NCBI RefSeq assembly: GCF_001186125.1
Contig: NW_014040326.1
Span: 6,807-45,234, forward strand
Length of the DNA: 38,428 bases
Origin: Sphaeroforma arctica JP610
Taxonomy: Eukaryota
Direction: 5' to 3'
Shown here piece after piece: positions 1-25,094 of this stretch. Within the stretch, counting starts at the first letter, position 1, and the number at the start of each line of letters is the position of its first letter. Position numbers and translations under genes: made by a program. Under the pieces are notes generated by a model, which did not search any database, was not told where the DNA came from, and worked only from the letters and a program-made list of their open reading frames with translations.

Positions 1-8
1 ACATATAT

Positions 9-53
<45 letters not shown>

Positions 54-351
54 AGTGAGCACAGAACGTGTATATATCTTGGCAATCAAAAGTAGGCCAT
101 GCTTATACGCAGACGTGGTGTGAGGACTCAAATGAGCTTCGCTCGTACATGACAACACCCCTATCACTCTCACCGTTTGGCCCAAGCTCCATAAAACCGC
201 CACCCTCATAATGGCGCAATACCCACATGAAGATGCATACATCAACCAAACACCCGCAGCACCTACGTCTGTATGTGTGAGCCCTGTGAGACTGCAAGAG
301 ATACACGCTCAATAGCCAATAGCTGCTACGTTTCTCTGCGCAGAAGTACCC

Positions 352-660
352 GTGTGTAATAATCACACACTTATGTGTAATAATCGCACACCTATGTGTA
401 ATAATCATACACTTGTGTAATAATCACCCACTTATGTGTAATAATCACTCACTTATGTGTAATAATCACACACTTATGTGTAATAATCACACACTTATGT
501 GTAATAATCACGCACCTATGTGTAATAGTCATACACTTATGTGTAATAATCACCCACTTATGTGTAATAATCACTCACTTACGTGTAATAATCACACACT
601 TATGTGTAATAATCACTCACTTATGTGTAATAATCACACACTTATGTGTAATAATCATAC
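352..660. repeat. 21-bp minisatellite (cacttatgtgtaataatcaca), ~15 copies
   Basis: Directly visible tandem array just downstream of the last visible HCF-like exon. Confidence 0.95.
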
Positions 661-699
661 ACACCCCACAACCTGGTCAGAGTGTTGGTACGTACACAC

Positions 700-2183
700 C
701 TCTGACTGGTCGTGGCACAGCATGATCTGCAGGCGGTAGGCATCGGCGGTAGGCACAGGCGACCAGCGGCCAATGACTGTCAGGGCGGTGATGCGTTGAG
801 GACTGAACTCAGAGCTCTTCGGCGGAGGGGCTGTCTCTAACAGCCACAGATCTTGGCAGCACACCTGCCGTGTTGAGTGTATGGGTAGTTAGATATATGT
901 GTGTTTATGTGACTATATTTATATACCATGTACTTTTCGTGGGACTATATTTATATACCATGTACCTTCCATGTAGATATATATACCATGTACCTTCCAT
1001 GTAAATATATATACCATGTATCTTCCATGTAGATATATATACCATGTACCTTCCATGTAGATATATATACCATGTACCCTCCATGTAGATATATATACCA
1101 TGTGCTTTTCGTGGGACTATATTTATATACCATGTATCTTTCGTGTGTCTATATTTATATACCATGCACCTTCCATGTAGATATATATAGATATATATAG
1201 CATGTACCTTCCATGTAGATGTTCTACGGCAGAATACCGCTTGACTTGATATGGATTATAAGTGATATTCTTAGTCCCGATTGTTCTACTATTCATGTGT
1301 GATGAACGACATCCTACAGACGGCTGATACTGGATGGGCGATTTCAAAATCACATGATATCCGCCAGTCACACACACCAACACCTGTACTGTATGTTGAC
1401 ACCTGTACTGTGTGTTGACACCTGTACTGTGTGTTGGCGCCGCGCTACGATACGGCTACTTCCACTAGCTTGATCATATACTCCAACAAATAGCCACACA
1501 AATACACAACCCCCTGCAATGGCTACAGTCGCTTCACCATGTAACTCCACACACATGCACAGCCGTTGCTGCGTACCTGGCTGTTATTGTGGTTCTCGCG
1601 GTAGCCGTCGCGGCCACTCCACACAAACACTCTCGTGCCCACCACAGCCGCACAATGCCCCGCACGCGCCTTAGGCAGACCATCGCCATTAAGACCACTC
1701 ACATCCACATCAATCCAGGACAGGGTGTCTGCAAGCAGCGAATGAGAAGACGTCCAACAATCAGCGGTGGATGAGGAGAGTAGACGAAGATAAAAGGGAC
1801 GAATGTGTTTAAACCTTAAAACCCTAAGACCCTTTTCCTCACAGTCACACATCTCTTAGCCCAAACTCTCGGTCGTAAAGCACCCCGCACCGTTCTTCTT
1901 CATAAGGACCAAACTATCCCAGAGAGTTTAAGCACACTCAACCCAACATTATACTCACACAATTCAAACACACACAGCTACTACCAATATTTACACACTC
2001 CGCATATACTCTACTGCTAACAATCTCGCTCTCACATGCAACAGTAAACTACGCGAGCCATGGAACCCAACAAGCGCACACTCCCACCTCCCACCTCCAA
2101 CAAACACACACACAACACACACACACACACACACACACGCACAACAAAAAAAACACACACACAAACAAACAAACAAACAACAC

Positions 2184-2234
<51 letters not shown>

Positions 2235-4981
2235 NNNNNNNNNNNNNNNNNNNNNNNNNNNNNNNNNNNNNNNNNNNNNNNNNNNNNNNNNNNNNNNNNN
2301 NNNNNNNNNNNNNNNNNNNNNNNNNNNNNNNNNNNNNNNNNNNNNNNNNNNNNNNNNNNNNNNNNNNNNNNNNNNNNNNNNNNNNNNNNNNNNNNNNNNN
2401 NNNNNNNNNNNNNNNNNNNNNNNNNNNNNNNNNNNNNNNNNNNNNNNNNNNNNNNNNNNNNNNNNNNNNNNNNNNNNNNNNNNNNNNNNNNNNNNNNNNN
2501 NNNNNNNNNNNNNNNNNNNNNNNNNNNNNNNNNNNNNNNNNNNNNNNNNNNNNNNNNNNNNNNNNNNNNNNNNNNNNNNNNNNNNNNNNNNNNNNNNNNN
2601 NNNNNNNNNNNNNNNNNNNNNNNNNNNNNNNNNNNNNNNNNNNNNNNNNNNNNNNNNNNNNNNNNNNNNNNNNNNNNNNNNNNNNNNNNNNNNNNNNNNN
2701 NNNNNNNNNNNNNNNNNNNNNNNNNNNNNNNNNNNNNNNNNNNNNNNNNNNNNNNNNNNNNNNNNNNNNNNNNNNNNNNNNNNNNNNNNNNNNNNNNNNN
2801 NNNNNNNNNNNNNNNNNNNNNNNNNNNNNNNNNNNNNNNNNNNNNNNNNNNNNNNNNNNNNNNNNNNNNNNNNNNNNNNNNNNNNNNNNNNNNNNNNNNN
2901 NNNNNNNNNNNNNNNNNNNNNNNNNNNNNNNNNNNNNNNNNNNNNNNNNNNNNNNNNNNNNNNNNNNNNNNNNNNNNNNTAGGGCTGCCTGTACTACCTC
3001 TAAGCAAAGCAACTGGTCTTTAGTCAGCGTGCTTGGCACGTGGGTCAGATCCATCGTTTCCCCCGCTGTATGCATATATACCATATATATATGATGTTAG
3101 TAATGCATACATTATACCAAAAATATGGCGTGTGTGATATATGCACATAGACCATATAATTGTTGTCCTATAATGGGGTGGGATAACATATGCATATAGA
3201 TTAAATATATGATGCTAGTTTTGCATACATATAAGCCATTTATTGATTATTATGCAATGAGATAGCGTAATGTGTACATACATACCGTATATATGATGAT
3301 AGTATCAAGTATGCCTTTTATTTGTTGCTGTACAATGAAGTAGCGGAGTGTATGCATATATACCAAATACATGATGTTAGTAATATATACATATATGCCA
3401 TATAGATGATGCTAATAATATATACATATTCACCATATATCTGTTGTTATACAATGAAGTAGGGTAATATATACATACATACGCAATGCATGATGTTAGT
3501 AATGTGTACATATCTGCCATATATATGATACTAGTAATATGCATATATACCATATATCTGTTGTTACAATTGAAGTAGGGTAATATATACATATATACAA
3601 AATATATGATGTTAGTAAAGCATCCATATTTGACATATATCTGTTGCTATACTGTGTAATAGAGTAACATGTGCATATTTTAGTAACCTATACATATAAT
3701 ATATTTGTTGATTTACAATGAACCAGGGTTATTCATACATGTATAACATATATGTGATATATTCGAGCAGGGCAATGTGTGCACATGAGATGTTTAGCAA
3801 CTAAGTGGGGCGCTTGATATGTGGGTTTCACCCAACTGGTATACCTTCGTAGTACTAGTACATAGTACATATATGGTATAGGTATAGTTTTAATTGTGGA
3901 AGGGGTAAGAAACGATGTCCTTAGTAAGACATCCTGATGTCCGGAAAAGAACTTCTAATATTGATTTAACAGAAATAGTAGAAGGTGTTGACCAAGTCTA
4001 GTAACAACGTCAGTGAAGATGCTTGACATGATAGTAACTTATATTGTTCCTCCTCCAATATAAATACCATATGCAAAATGTTGTGTATATAGATATATTA
4101 CGTATATGGCGAAGTATAGCAACGTAGCGGTGGTTGGTAACTATATCACATTGATCGCTTTACACCTGAATTTCTATTCACCAAATTGAGGATGTTGTCT
4201 TGGTTGATGTGGTATGAAGTAAAATGGAAACATCAATCTTAAAATGTTGAGAACGCAGGAAGGTAGTTGACTACTACAAATTCACTACTATATTAATAGT
4301 GTCTTTATTACTATTTCATAGAGCGAACTTCGCTGTCAAAAGCATAGTAAATTTTTAAATACACACCTTGCAAAGCTTGGTGAGAGCGCTTCAAACTAGG
4401 ATAGATGCTATCAGGTTTACCCTTTTGTATATGTACTATGTATATGGTGTATGAAGAAGGCGTCATCTACCATACAGACGTACTCATACTAGCGGACTAC
4501 TGCGAGTGCACAGAAAAGCTCAGAAATTACTTAAAACACTTTGAAAAAAAAATTTCAACAAAATATACAACATGAAGGTACGACATTGTATATGCAAATG
4601 GTTGTGCAAAGGTCTCACAAACATACCCATGACAGCGGAATACTCCGAATGTGCAAGAAGTTCGGTATCCTTTCACACTGAATTGACGAGACTGTATGAA
4701 TACACTGTTTAGTACGTGCACATCAAGATTTGTCTCACACCGAGGCTCTCATTCTGAGTCCTGTCGGATAAGTAGACAAAGTGAGATCAGAGGTAAGGTA
4801 TGGCACGTCATCATCTGATATACTACGCGTGTCTTTCTCACGATTAATTAACGGATATATACAACTTTGTATGCAACCATTCTAAGCAAAACATACGTAC
4901 AATACGCGTTTCTGATAAAAACAGCCAGGACTATGAATAATTCCAGACAAACCAATAACCCGAACGAATATATATATATGA

Positions 4982-5028
<47 letters not shown>

Positions 5029-5433
5029 TACATACATACACACCAGCACACACACAAACACACACACAGCTATTGTTAATACGCACTCACACACACACAC
5101 ACCCAGATCCAAGCAGCCCAGGGAATTGGTGCACTCCCACTCCTCCGCTGCGCCAGCCACCCCCCCACCCACCACCGGCGACCACCCCGCAAACACATAC
5201 GCACGACTACCCACCACCACCATAGTGTGCAGAGAGCGTGCACACGGCGTGTGTGCGTGTGTGCCTGTGGCTGCTTGTGTCCATGTGTGTGTGGCTGTGT
5301 CAAACACCCACACATCGCCCAGGCGCTTGCCGTTCATGCCACCGTACATCACCAACTGCCCATTGTACACACAGCTGCGGTGTGACTCGCGTGCACAGGG
5401 ACGGACTCCGTCTACAACGGGGATGCTCCAGTG
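700..5433 (-). CDS. HCFC1: Host cell factor (HCF-1)-like kelch-repeat protein, partial; exons 5433-5103, 1728-1577, 864-700
   Basis: The three AG/GT-bounded exons join in phase to give ...RPCARESHRSCVYNGQLVMYGGMNGKRLGDVWVFD...PCARSLHTMVVVGSRAYVFAGW...EEWECTNSLGCLDL|DTLSW...PKARAGHCAAVVGTRVFVWSGRDGYRENHNNSQ|VCCQDLWLLETAPPP...WSPVPTADAYRLQI. This matches the recalled HCF-1 kelch motifs (EWKCTN, RAGHCA, WSGRDGYR, QVCCKDLWYLET) followed by the N-terminal Fn3 half. 5' exons are not visible (gap 5638-6274). The donor of the last exon (698-699) is tentative. Confidence 0.88.
905..1220. repeat. ~27-30-bp minisatellite (ccatgtaccttccatgtagatatatata), intronic
   Basis: About 11 visible, slightly variable copies. 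Confidence 0.9.
3068..3750. repeat. Degenerate AT-rich tandem repeat (atgatgttagtaatatatacat core)
   Basis: Recurrent tgatgttagtaat / tacaatgaagtagggtaat motifs. Confidence 0.75.
4130..4700 (-). mobile_element. Possible highly decayed Ty3/gypsy RNase H/integrase remnant
   Basis: Broken minus-strand peptides in pol order: SRQFSVK/DTELLA, W*M..SSYTIYIVHIQKGK...EALS, NSGVKRSM*YSYQP. The similarity to recalled gypsy motifs is weak. Confidence 0.3.
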
Positions 5434-5508
5434 CTGCGCAGACAAGGGTGGACGAGAGAGAGAGAGAATGTTGATGGGCGATTGTAGGTACGTTGAGTGC
5501 TGGTAGAT

Positions 5509-5637
5509 GAGTTATGAATATGAGACGATACATTGACATCGAGATATGAATATAAGATATTACATTGAGACTGAGTTATAAATATAGGATATTACATTGT
5601 GACTGAGTTATGAATATAAAATATTACATTGAGACTT
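5509..5637. repeat. ~32-bp minisatellite (gagttatgaatataagatattacattgagact) running into a gap
   Basis: Four visible copies before the N-run. Confidence 0.85.
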
Positions 5638-7203
5638 NNNNNNNNNNNNNNNNNNNNNNNNNNNNNNNNNNNNNNNNNNNNNNNNNNNNNNNNNNNNNNN
5701 NNNNNNNNNNNNNNNNNNNNNNNNNNNNNNNNNNNNNNNNNNNNNNNNNNNNNNNNNNNNNNNNNNNNNNNNNNNNNNNNNNNNNNNNNNNNNNNNNNNN
5801 NNNNNNNNNNNNNNNNNNNNNNNNNNNNNNNNNNNNNNNNNNNNNNNNNNNNNNNNNNNNNNNNNNNNNNNNNNNNNNNNNNNNNNNNNNNNNNNNNNNN
5901 NNNNNNNNNNNNNNNNNNNNNNNNNNNNNNNNNNNNNNNNNNNNNNNNNNNNNNNNNNNNNNNNNNNNNNNNNNNNNNNNNNNNNNNNNNNNNNNNNNNN
6001 NNNNNNNNNNNNNNNNNNNNNNNNNNNNNNNNNNNNNNNNNNNNNNNNNNNNNNNNNNNNNNNNNNNNNNNNNNNNNNNNNNNNNNNNNNNNNNNNNNNN
6101 NNNNNNNNNNNNNNNNNNNNNNNNNNNNNNNNNNNNNNNNNNNNNNNNNNNNNNNNNNNNNNNNNNNNNNNNNNNNNNNNNNNNNNNNNNNNNNNNNNNN
6201 NNNNNNNNNNNNNNNNNNNNNNNNNNNNNNNNNNNNNNNNNNNNNNNNNNNNNNNNNNNNNNNNNNNNNNNNNNTGTGTGTGTGTGTGATTTCTCAGATG
6301 CATATACCTGTGGGTACACGCGAAGTCGCATACATAAGCCAATTCGTTGGACAAAGTTTACTGTTAAGTTTGGGGCTTCGGTCGCTACTTGTTGCATCGA
6401 TTGCTACTTAGTATGTCTATTTATTGATGACAGCAACCCAAACCGCATGCACTCAAGCTGTCTCTATCTTTGTACAGACGACCAATCCTCCAATACTACT
6501 TCTTGTTCACCGTACACGCTATCCTGAATGAACCGTGTAGCCGTGTCGCAACTACAGTACTACTGGTTAGCAAGTAAATGACCACTGTTTCGTGTGACAA
6601 ACCACGCAAATATTTAAATATGGCACACGTAAGTACATAAATTTTCATATAGCGATAAAGGATAAATACCAAAAAAAAGCTAAAGAGAGTCCTCAGTCCC
6701 AGTTCCGATAAGGGATTCTACTCCACAGAAGCCCGCCAAAACAGACCAGGCGAGTTGGCAGCGGGCAGTTCCGATTCTCGAGCCACCAGTCCACCGCGGT
6801 ACAAACTGTAGTGTATCCAACAACAGTATATAAATATCAAGTGTATTGTGCAATATGTGCATAATAAATATAGATCCATAGATATGTAGCTACACGTAAC
6901 ACGGGTACTGTAATACTCCTACTTATGTGCTGCGTGTTTCTCACAGTACGCTAACCTTGGTCTTTTGTTGTTCACTTATATTGGAGCTACCTGTGGCTAT
7001 ACTGCGCTAAGAATAAATCTACGTTATCGAAGGCATCACATATATGAACCATTTAAATACCTATAGCTATCACGTGCTGAATATATATTTGGTTAGTTGG
7101 CCTTACCACGTGCATCCACACTTGAGAAGCTGTGAGCAGTTGAGTACAGCAGGCCTGCAATAACGTTCCTATAAGCATATAAGCCGAGTAGATCTAACTC
7201 ACT

Positions 7204-19864
<12,661 letters not shown>

Positions 19865-20182
19865 AGAGAAAACGTACACATACACATTCACATACAAATG
19901 CATATATACACACACATACACATACGTATACACATACACAAACACATACACACACATATACATATACATATACATATACACACATGGTCTGCAATCTCAC
20001 CCATCAAGCGATCGAGCCAGTGTCTGCCAAGGAGATTTCGACATATTCGAAGTATGTGTAGGCAAAAAACGTATAGGTGTGCATGCACATGTACATCTTG
20101 TATTCACAACCAAATCTCAAGTGCGCCTTGACTAGAAGTAAACGAGGCATTTATGCTTGTGCGAGGTACGCGTATGATAACG

Positions 20183-20855
20183 CATACATAAATATATACC
20201 TACATACATACCTACATACATACATACATACATACATACATACATACATACATACATGCATACATACATACATACATACATACATACATACATACATACA
20301 AAATACATACATAACTACATACATAAATACATACCTACATTCATACTTACATACATACTCGTATACATAACGAACATTAACGAAAGAGTTGAAATAGGGC
20401 CTGAGGACTCGCCACAATGTCGAGATACGTGCAAGGCAGCCTGCTTAAATATACCACGCACATGTACACCTGGAACCCACAACCATCACGCAATTAAGGC
20501 TATAACGGACGAGAAGAGAGCAGCTCATTCGTACTTCAAGCCAGGTTCGAGTATGGTAACGCATACATACATACATACATACATACATACATACATACAT
20601 ACATACATACATACATACATACATACATACATACATACATACATACATACATACATACGTACATACATACATACATACATACATACATACATACATACAT
20701 ACATACATACATACATACATACATACATNNNNNNNNNNNNNNNNNNNNACATACATACATACATACATACATACATACGTACATACATACATACATACAT
20801 ACATACATACATACATACATACATACATACATACATACATACATACATACATACG
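20183..20855. repeat. (taca)n microsatellite blocks
   Basis: Directly visible at 20183-20370 and 20563-20855 (with a 20-N gap). Confidence 0.95.
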
Positions 20856-22797
20856 CGTACATTTATTGCTGAATAGCCGAACATAATTAAACGAGCAGAG
20901 ATAGGGCATGTGGACCTGGCCACGCTGTCGGGAACGTGCACGTCAGTGATAGTATAGTTGTCCACGGATATGGTCATCTTGCACTTACAACAACTCAACG
21001 ATTGAGCCTGGACTTGACATAACACAATATGTATATGTGAATGAAGCGCGCGTACAATATCTCTTCTATGCATACATATATACATATTTGTGCGCATACT
21101 TGTGTGCATCGACGAGTTCGTAGAATGTGATCATCCTACCTACTTTCGGGTACTAAGGTGACATATATGGAGATATCTTTATGCCAGTACAAGCACGGCT
21201 TGTATTTACAATCATCAACCGGTTTTGGCCTGAATTGGTTGTGCAAAAAAAACACGTGTACGCAACTATGTCACACGTGTGGACCGTATACCTATACGCA
21301 TATGCAGGCGTGTGCACACAGCGACCACATATACGCATATGCAGGCGTGTGCACACAGCGACCACCAATCTGCGTTAGCCTGGACTCGGAATGCACACAT
21401 ACATATATACACACCGTTAGAGTGCGTGCAAAACATAGTACACGTTTATATACGCACAGGAACGTGCCTACCTTATAGTCCCGAACAGTCACGAACAACG
21501 AGTGAATTGAGCCTGTAGTTGATGGAGCGGCGAGAAACATGCACACAGTCCGCGTGCGCGTGCCAAACGCACACAAACACCTACGAGTAAGCTGATATGC
21601 GACTGTTTGGCATTAGACGTAAATCCCCGGCCGGCCACGGTATATCTGTGTCAGCAAGCACTCACATACGCATGCAAGCGTACCATGTGAAGTCTGCATA
21701 GACCCAGCGACGGAGTCTAGTATAGTTGCATACGACCGACTGGGGACAGCAGCAGAGCACACGGGCATATATATCAGGCGTGCGTGGTCCTCGGGAAGGC
21801 ATGTACGCATAGCACAATTTCACACAGCTCTGACTTCTCATCACCAGCAAGCGATTGGGTCTAGATCTGTCCGGAAGGCAAAAGCCTAACCGAAGTAAAT
21901 ATGTATCTATACATTATTGTGCGTTTGACCCTTTAGCTCGTCATGAATATGCTTTACGTGATAAGTGACACTAGCCATATATATATGTATACAACTTGTC
22001 TGTCGAGCGTAGTCAAGCTTTCACTGGTGATAAAATGTGATGCCCCGAATGTATTAGGATGTACTGACGCTGAATCATTCGGCTGCTCAAGAGCGCGGGA
22101 AGGTGCTCACACAAGTGTCCCCTAACCAATCTAGTACCTAAGTGTAATATCGCGGCCACCGTGGAGTACCATATGAATTGAACGCGTGCAAGTAAGCATA
22201 AAGAGTATTTGCTGCTGTATTAGAGACATTAGGTATAAATGTTATGGTACACATACACGGGGTAACCTCATGGACCACCACTGCTACCCACTTGTCCCAA
22301 AGTAAACCACCGCATGTGCTGTGTTGTTCACGTACCTAGCTTGATATGCCATTGAGGAGCCCTTGCACGCGTTTGATTGTGACTGACTACATTCATTGAC
22401 ATCCTACTTACACATGGCATGCTCAAGAGTTCTGTCAGTCGCCCTAATGCACCGCTTTGGGCTCGAATCACATGCCCCGACCACGTTGGATGCACGAGCA
22501 GAGCGCATTCTCCAAACAGTTGAAAAATATGACAGTATACTGCGCGACATCCAGCTTGGGCTGTGATAATCAATATAATTTATAAACCTTCGTTGCCTTT
22601 TCATCAAACACAGACACAAAAATCAAAACACATATAGTCGATTTAATATATAGCCATGGAATACTAGTTAATAACGTTTGGATAGTCTCGGAAGACGGTG
22701 GTAAGGACAAATCAGATGTAACGTGACAGGATCCTCTCAGGGAATTCTGCTCATCCAGAGCAATAGAGGGGTTGCGCCAGGAGACTGGATGTGATGC

Positions 22798-25094
22798 TCA
22801 GAAGTCGTCGTCGATTTTGTTTTCGATTTTGTCGTCGATTCCAGGCGCGCTCACGTATAGTTCACCCGTATTCTTGTCAATCTCTTTCATCTCCATGATA
22901 CCAAGTATGTCACACACGGCGTTGCATGTATGGCTTAGGAAAACTTTGCGCATACCTGCGCGCCCAAGATCGGTGTTTCCGAACGCCTTTCGCTTTCCCA
23001 TTCTCGTCTTACTGCCAATATGTGTCTGGTTTGGTTTAGTGGTGCGATGGTGAATCCACGGGTCGGTGAACTCAAACACGGCTGGTGTTCTCGTATGATC
23101 CAATACACCCTGTAGATCACACACCATCAGCGTACGTCTACTCCGTGCGTAGGTATAGTGTGTAAAGGCCTGGGGTACACCATCGTCTAAAACTCTTTTT
23201 TTGCGCTTGCAATACTTGCAATATTGTTGGGTTTGCATCGACAAGCATGGCAGATGGGCCCAAACACTCGTAGGATGACTCAGAATCGTTCCAGGTGTCG
23301 CACGGTGCTGTAGATAGCTCCTTCGACAATATACACTGGTCGGTTTGGGGGCTCAAGGTATCTCCCTCATCATTGAAGCTTCTAAGAGTTTTTCTCCGTT
23401 TATATTGGGCTCGATATCTGTTCCGAAGCTCCTCTTCGTCAGCTTCGTCATTTATAGTCTCACTTATATCTTCGTCAGGGTTTATATCAAACTCTACGCA
23501 AGAATGGAAGTGTACCGATCTACCAACTCTCGACGGTCTTTGATCAACCGGTTCTGATTCAGCAGCGACGGTTTTCTTTGGGTTTGACGATGCCCCAGTG
23601 GTTCAGCGAAGCCCCTCACGTACTTACCGTTGTCGTTCCACTTGCGATACTTCGATCGATCTAGACGTTTCTCGCAAAGAACCCACTGGTACTCGTCTGC
23701 ATCAAAATTAAAGTACTCACACAGGCAGCAACCCAAGAATGAATCGCGAGCCACGTTCTGGCTAACCCCGAGTTCGTCAAGGGCTTTGTTAAATTTGGCG
23801 GCTTACTCTTGGGCGGTGAACTGTGTCATAAAAAACGGGATGTGAAATGTTCGGCCCTGCTTGTGCCCCGACTCCTTTTTGGTCGCCTTAGCTACTAGCG
23901 GGGTGGCAACGACATTCCCCGCGGCATCCACGACGTCCATGAACTTCACAATACGCTCAGCACCAACTCCGAAGTAGCCATTTTGAATCTCGACCCCCGT
24001 CGGGGTGGCAACTGCTTCCCAGCGACATGGGCCTTTTGCGTGGGGAATGAACAAATATTTTTGCAATTTATCTCGCTTGCGCAAATATCTTTTACATTCA
24101 CACTTTGGGTCATCCGCGCTCGTAGCCTTTTGAGAAATTCGATACAACCTGCTGTAATCAGAGTTCAGCTCTGCATCACCCCAGTCCTGTAAGTGAGTTT
24201 TGGTTGCTGTCATTGGAGTGACCATAGAAGAAAATGAGTAGTCCAGGGCTTCACTTGGTCCGCAATTAAAGGCTCCTTGAGCTCCATGTGAAGTTGCCGT
24301 TGTCATCATCTTGCGTAACACCTCGCCGTGTTATGCGACGTTTTTCGAATCGTTTGAGAAGAGCATAGTGTTAAACGACAGCCGGTTCTCCAACACCAGA
24401 CATAGATTAGCTATCAGGCCAAATAGAGAGGTGTCAAAGCTGTCTGGCGTGCTACCACAACTGGTGTCGGAAGGCGCTCCATCCGACAGGAACATTACAG
24501 CAACATCGACACGCTTGAGATCTCTGGTGTACATCGCTAGTTAATGCGCTAAATTTATAGCAAGTATGTAATTTCCATGAGAGCGTGGGCTTGGCTGTGA
24601 TGCTAGCCTTAAGACAGTATTGTAAAGCGACCAGTTCGTAGGCTGCCATTTCAGGACAAACTTTGCACCGTTTCCCATTGTCACCACACTAAGTACATCT
24701 GTATGACACCGTACGTAATTTGGTACATAGCGTCTAATCTGGACACACGGACGCCTCCTGTTTTTTTGCGCATCGAACCGGATTGATCAACCACAATAAT
24801 CATGTGGGAAGTGATCAATCGGCGATTCTCGGCAATCCGACACTTTTGTTCACGATACTTTTCTATAGTCTTGTCGTTCAATGGATTCGTATGGAGGCGA
24901 CAGTGCAGTTACTCATCAGGCACATACTTTATCTCTTTAGCACCCGAGATATCAGTAATATACTCAGCCTGTCCGCATGTAAATTTGAAAAGTGGCAGCC
25001 CCGTGTAAGTGTCAAAACCAGCTGAGGTTTTTATACCACACCTCCCCGCTGTTTTCAAGTCAGCTACTACGGTCGCTGAATCACTTTCATTCAT
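22798..25094 (-). pseudogene. vWA-domain + alpha-kinase (MHCK/eEF2K family) gene, intronless, disrupted
   Basis: vWA motifs: IIVVDQSGSM (MIDAS), SHGNY, VMFLSDGAPSD. Alpha-kinase motifs: FGVGAERIV, LVAK, CEKRL..YRKWNDN, PQAFTHYTY, LMVCDLQGV, FTDP.IH, FGNTDLG, HTCN..C. Four in-frame TAA stops (24909-24911, 24541-24543, 24331-24333, 23803-23805) and about three frameshifts (~24710, ~23600, ~23200). Confidence 0.85.

Noticed and set aside
103..345. Open minus-strand segment as a further HCF exon
   Set aside because: No recognisable HCF/Fn3 motif. Its long frame is not phase-compatible with the phase-0 donor at 699; the compatible frame stops after 8 codons.
352..1220. Regular arrays and repetitive ORFs (MCNNH..., MEGTWYIY...) as CRISPR or repeat proteins
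   Set aside because: Head-to-tail minisatellites without unique spacers, no cas genes, eukaryotic intron context; the ORFs are by-products of stop-free repeat units.
1991..6527. Long ORFs of 248-350 aa in the ORF track
   Set aside because: They run through N-gaps and (ca)n repeats; artefacts.
6680..6862. GC-rich patch as an upstream HCF exon
   Set aside because: All three frames after the candidate acceptor hit stops without clear kelch motifs; more likely intergenic or promoter sequence.
23620..23630. Perfect gtaagt after KWNDN as an intron donor in the kinase gene
   Set aside because: The bases encode GKYV, which fits the alpha-kinase N-G-x-V motif, and splicing here would not repair the other lesions.
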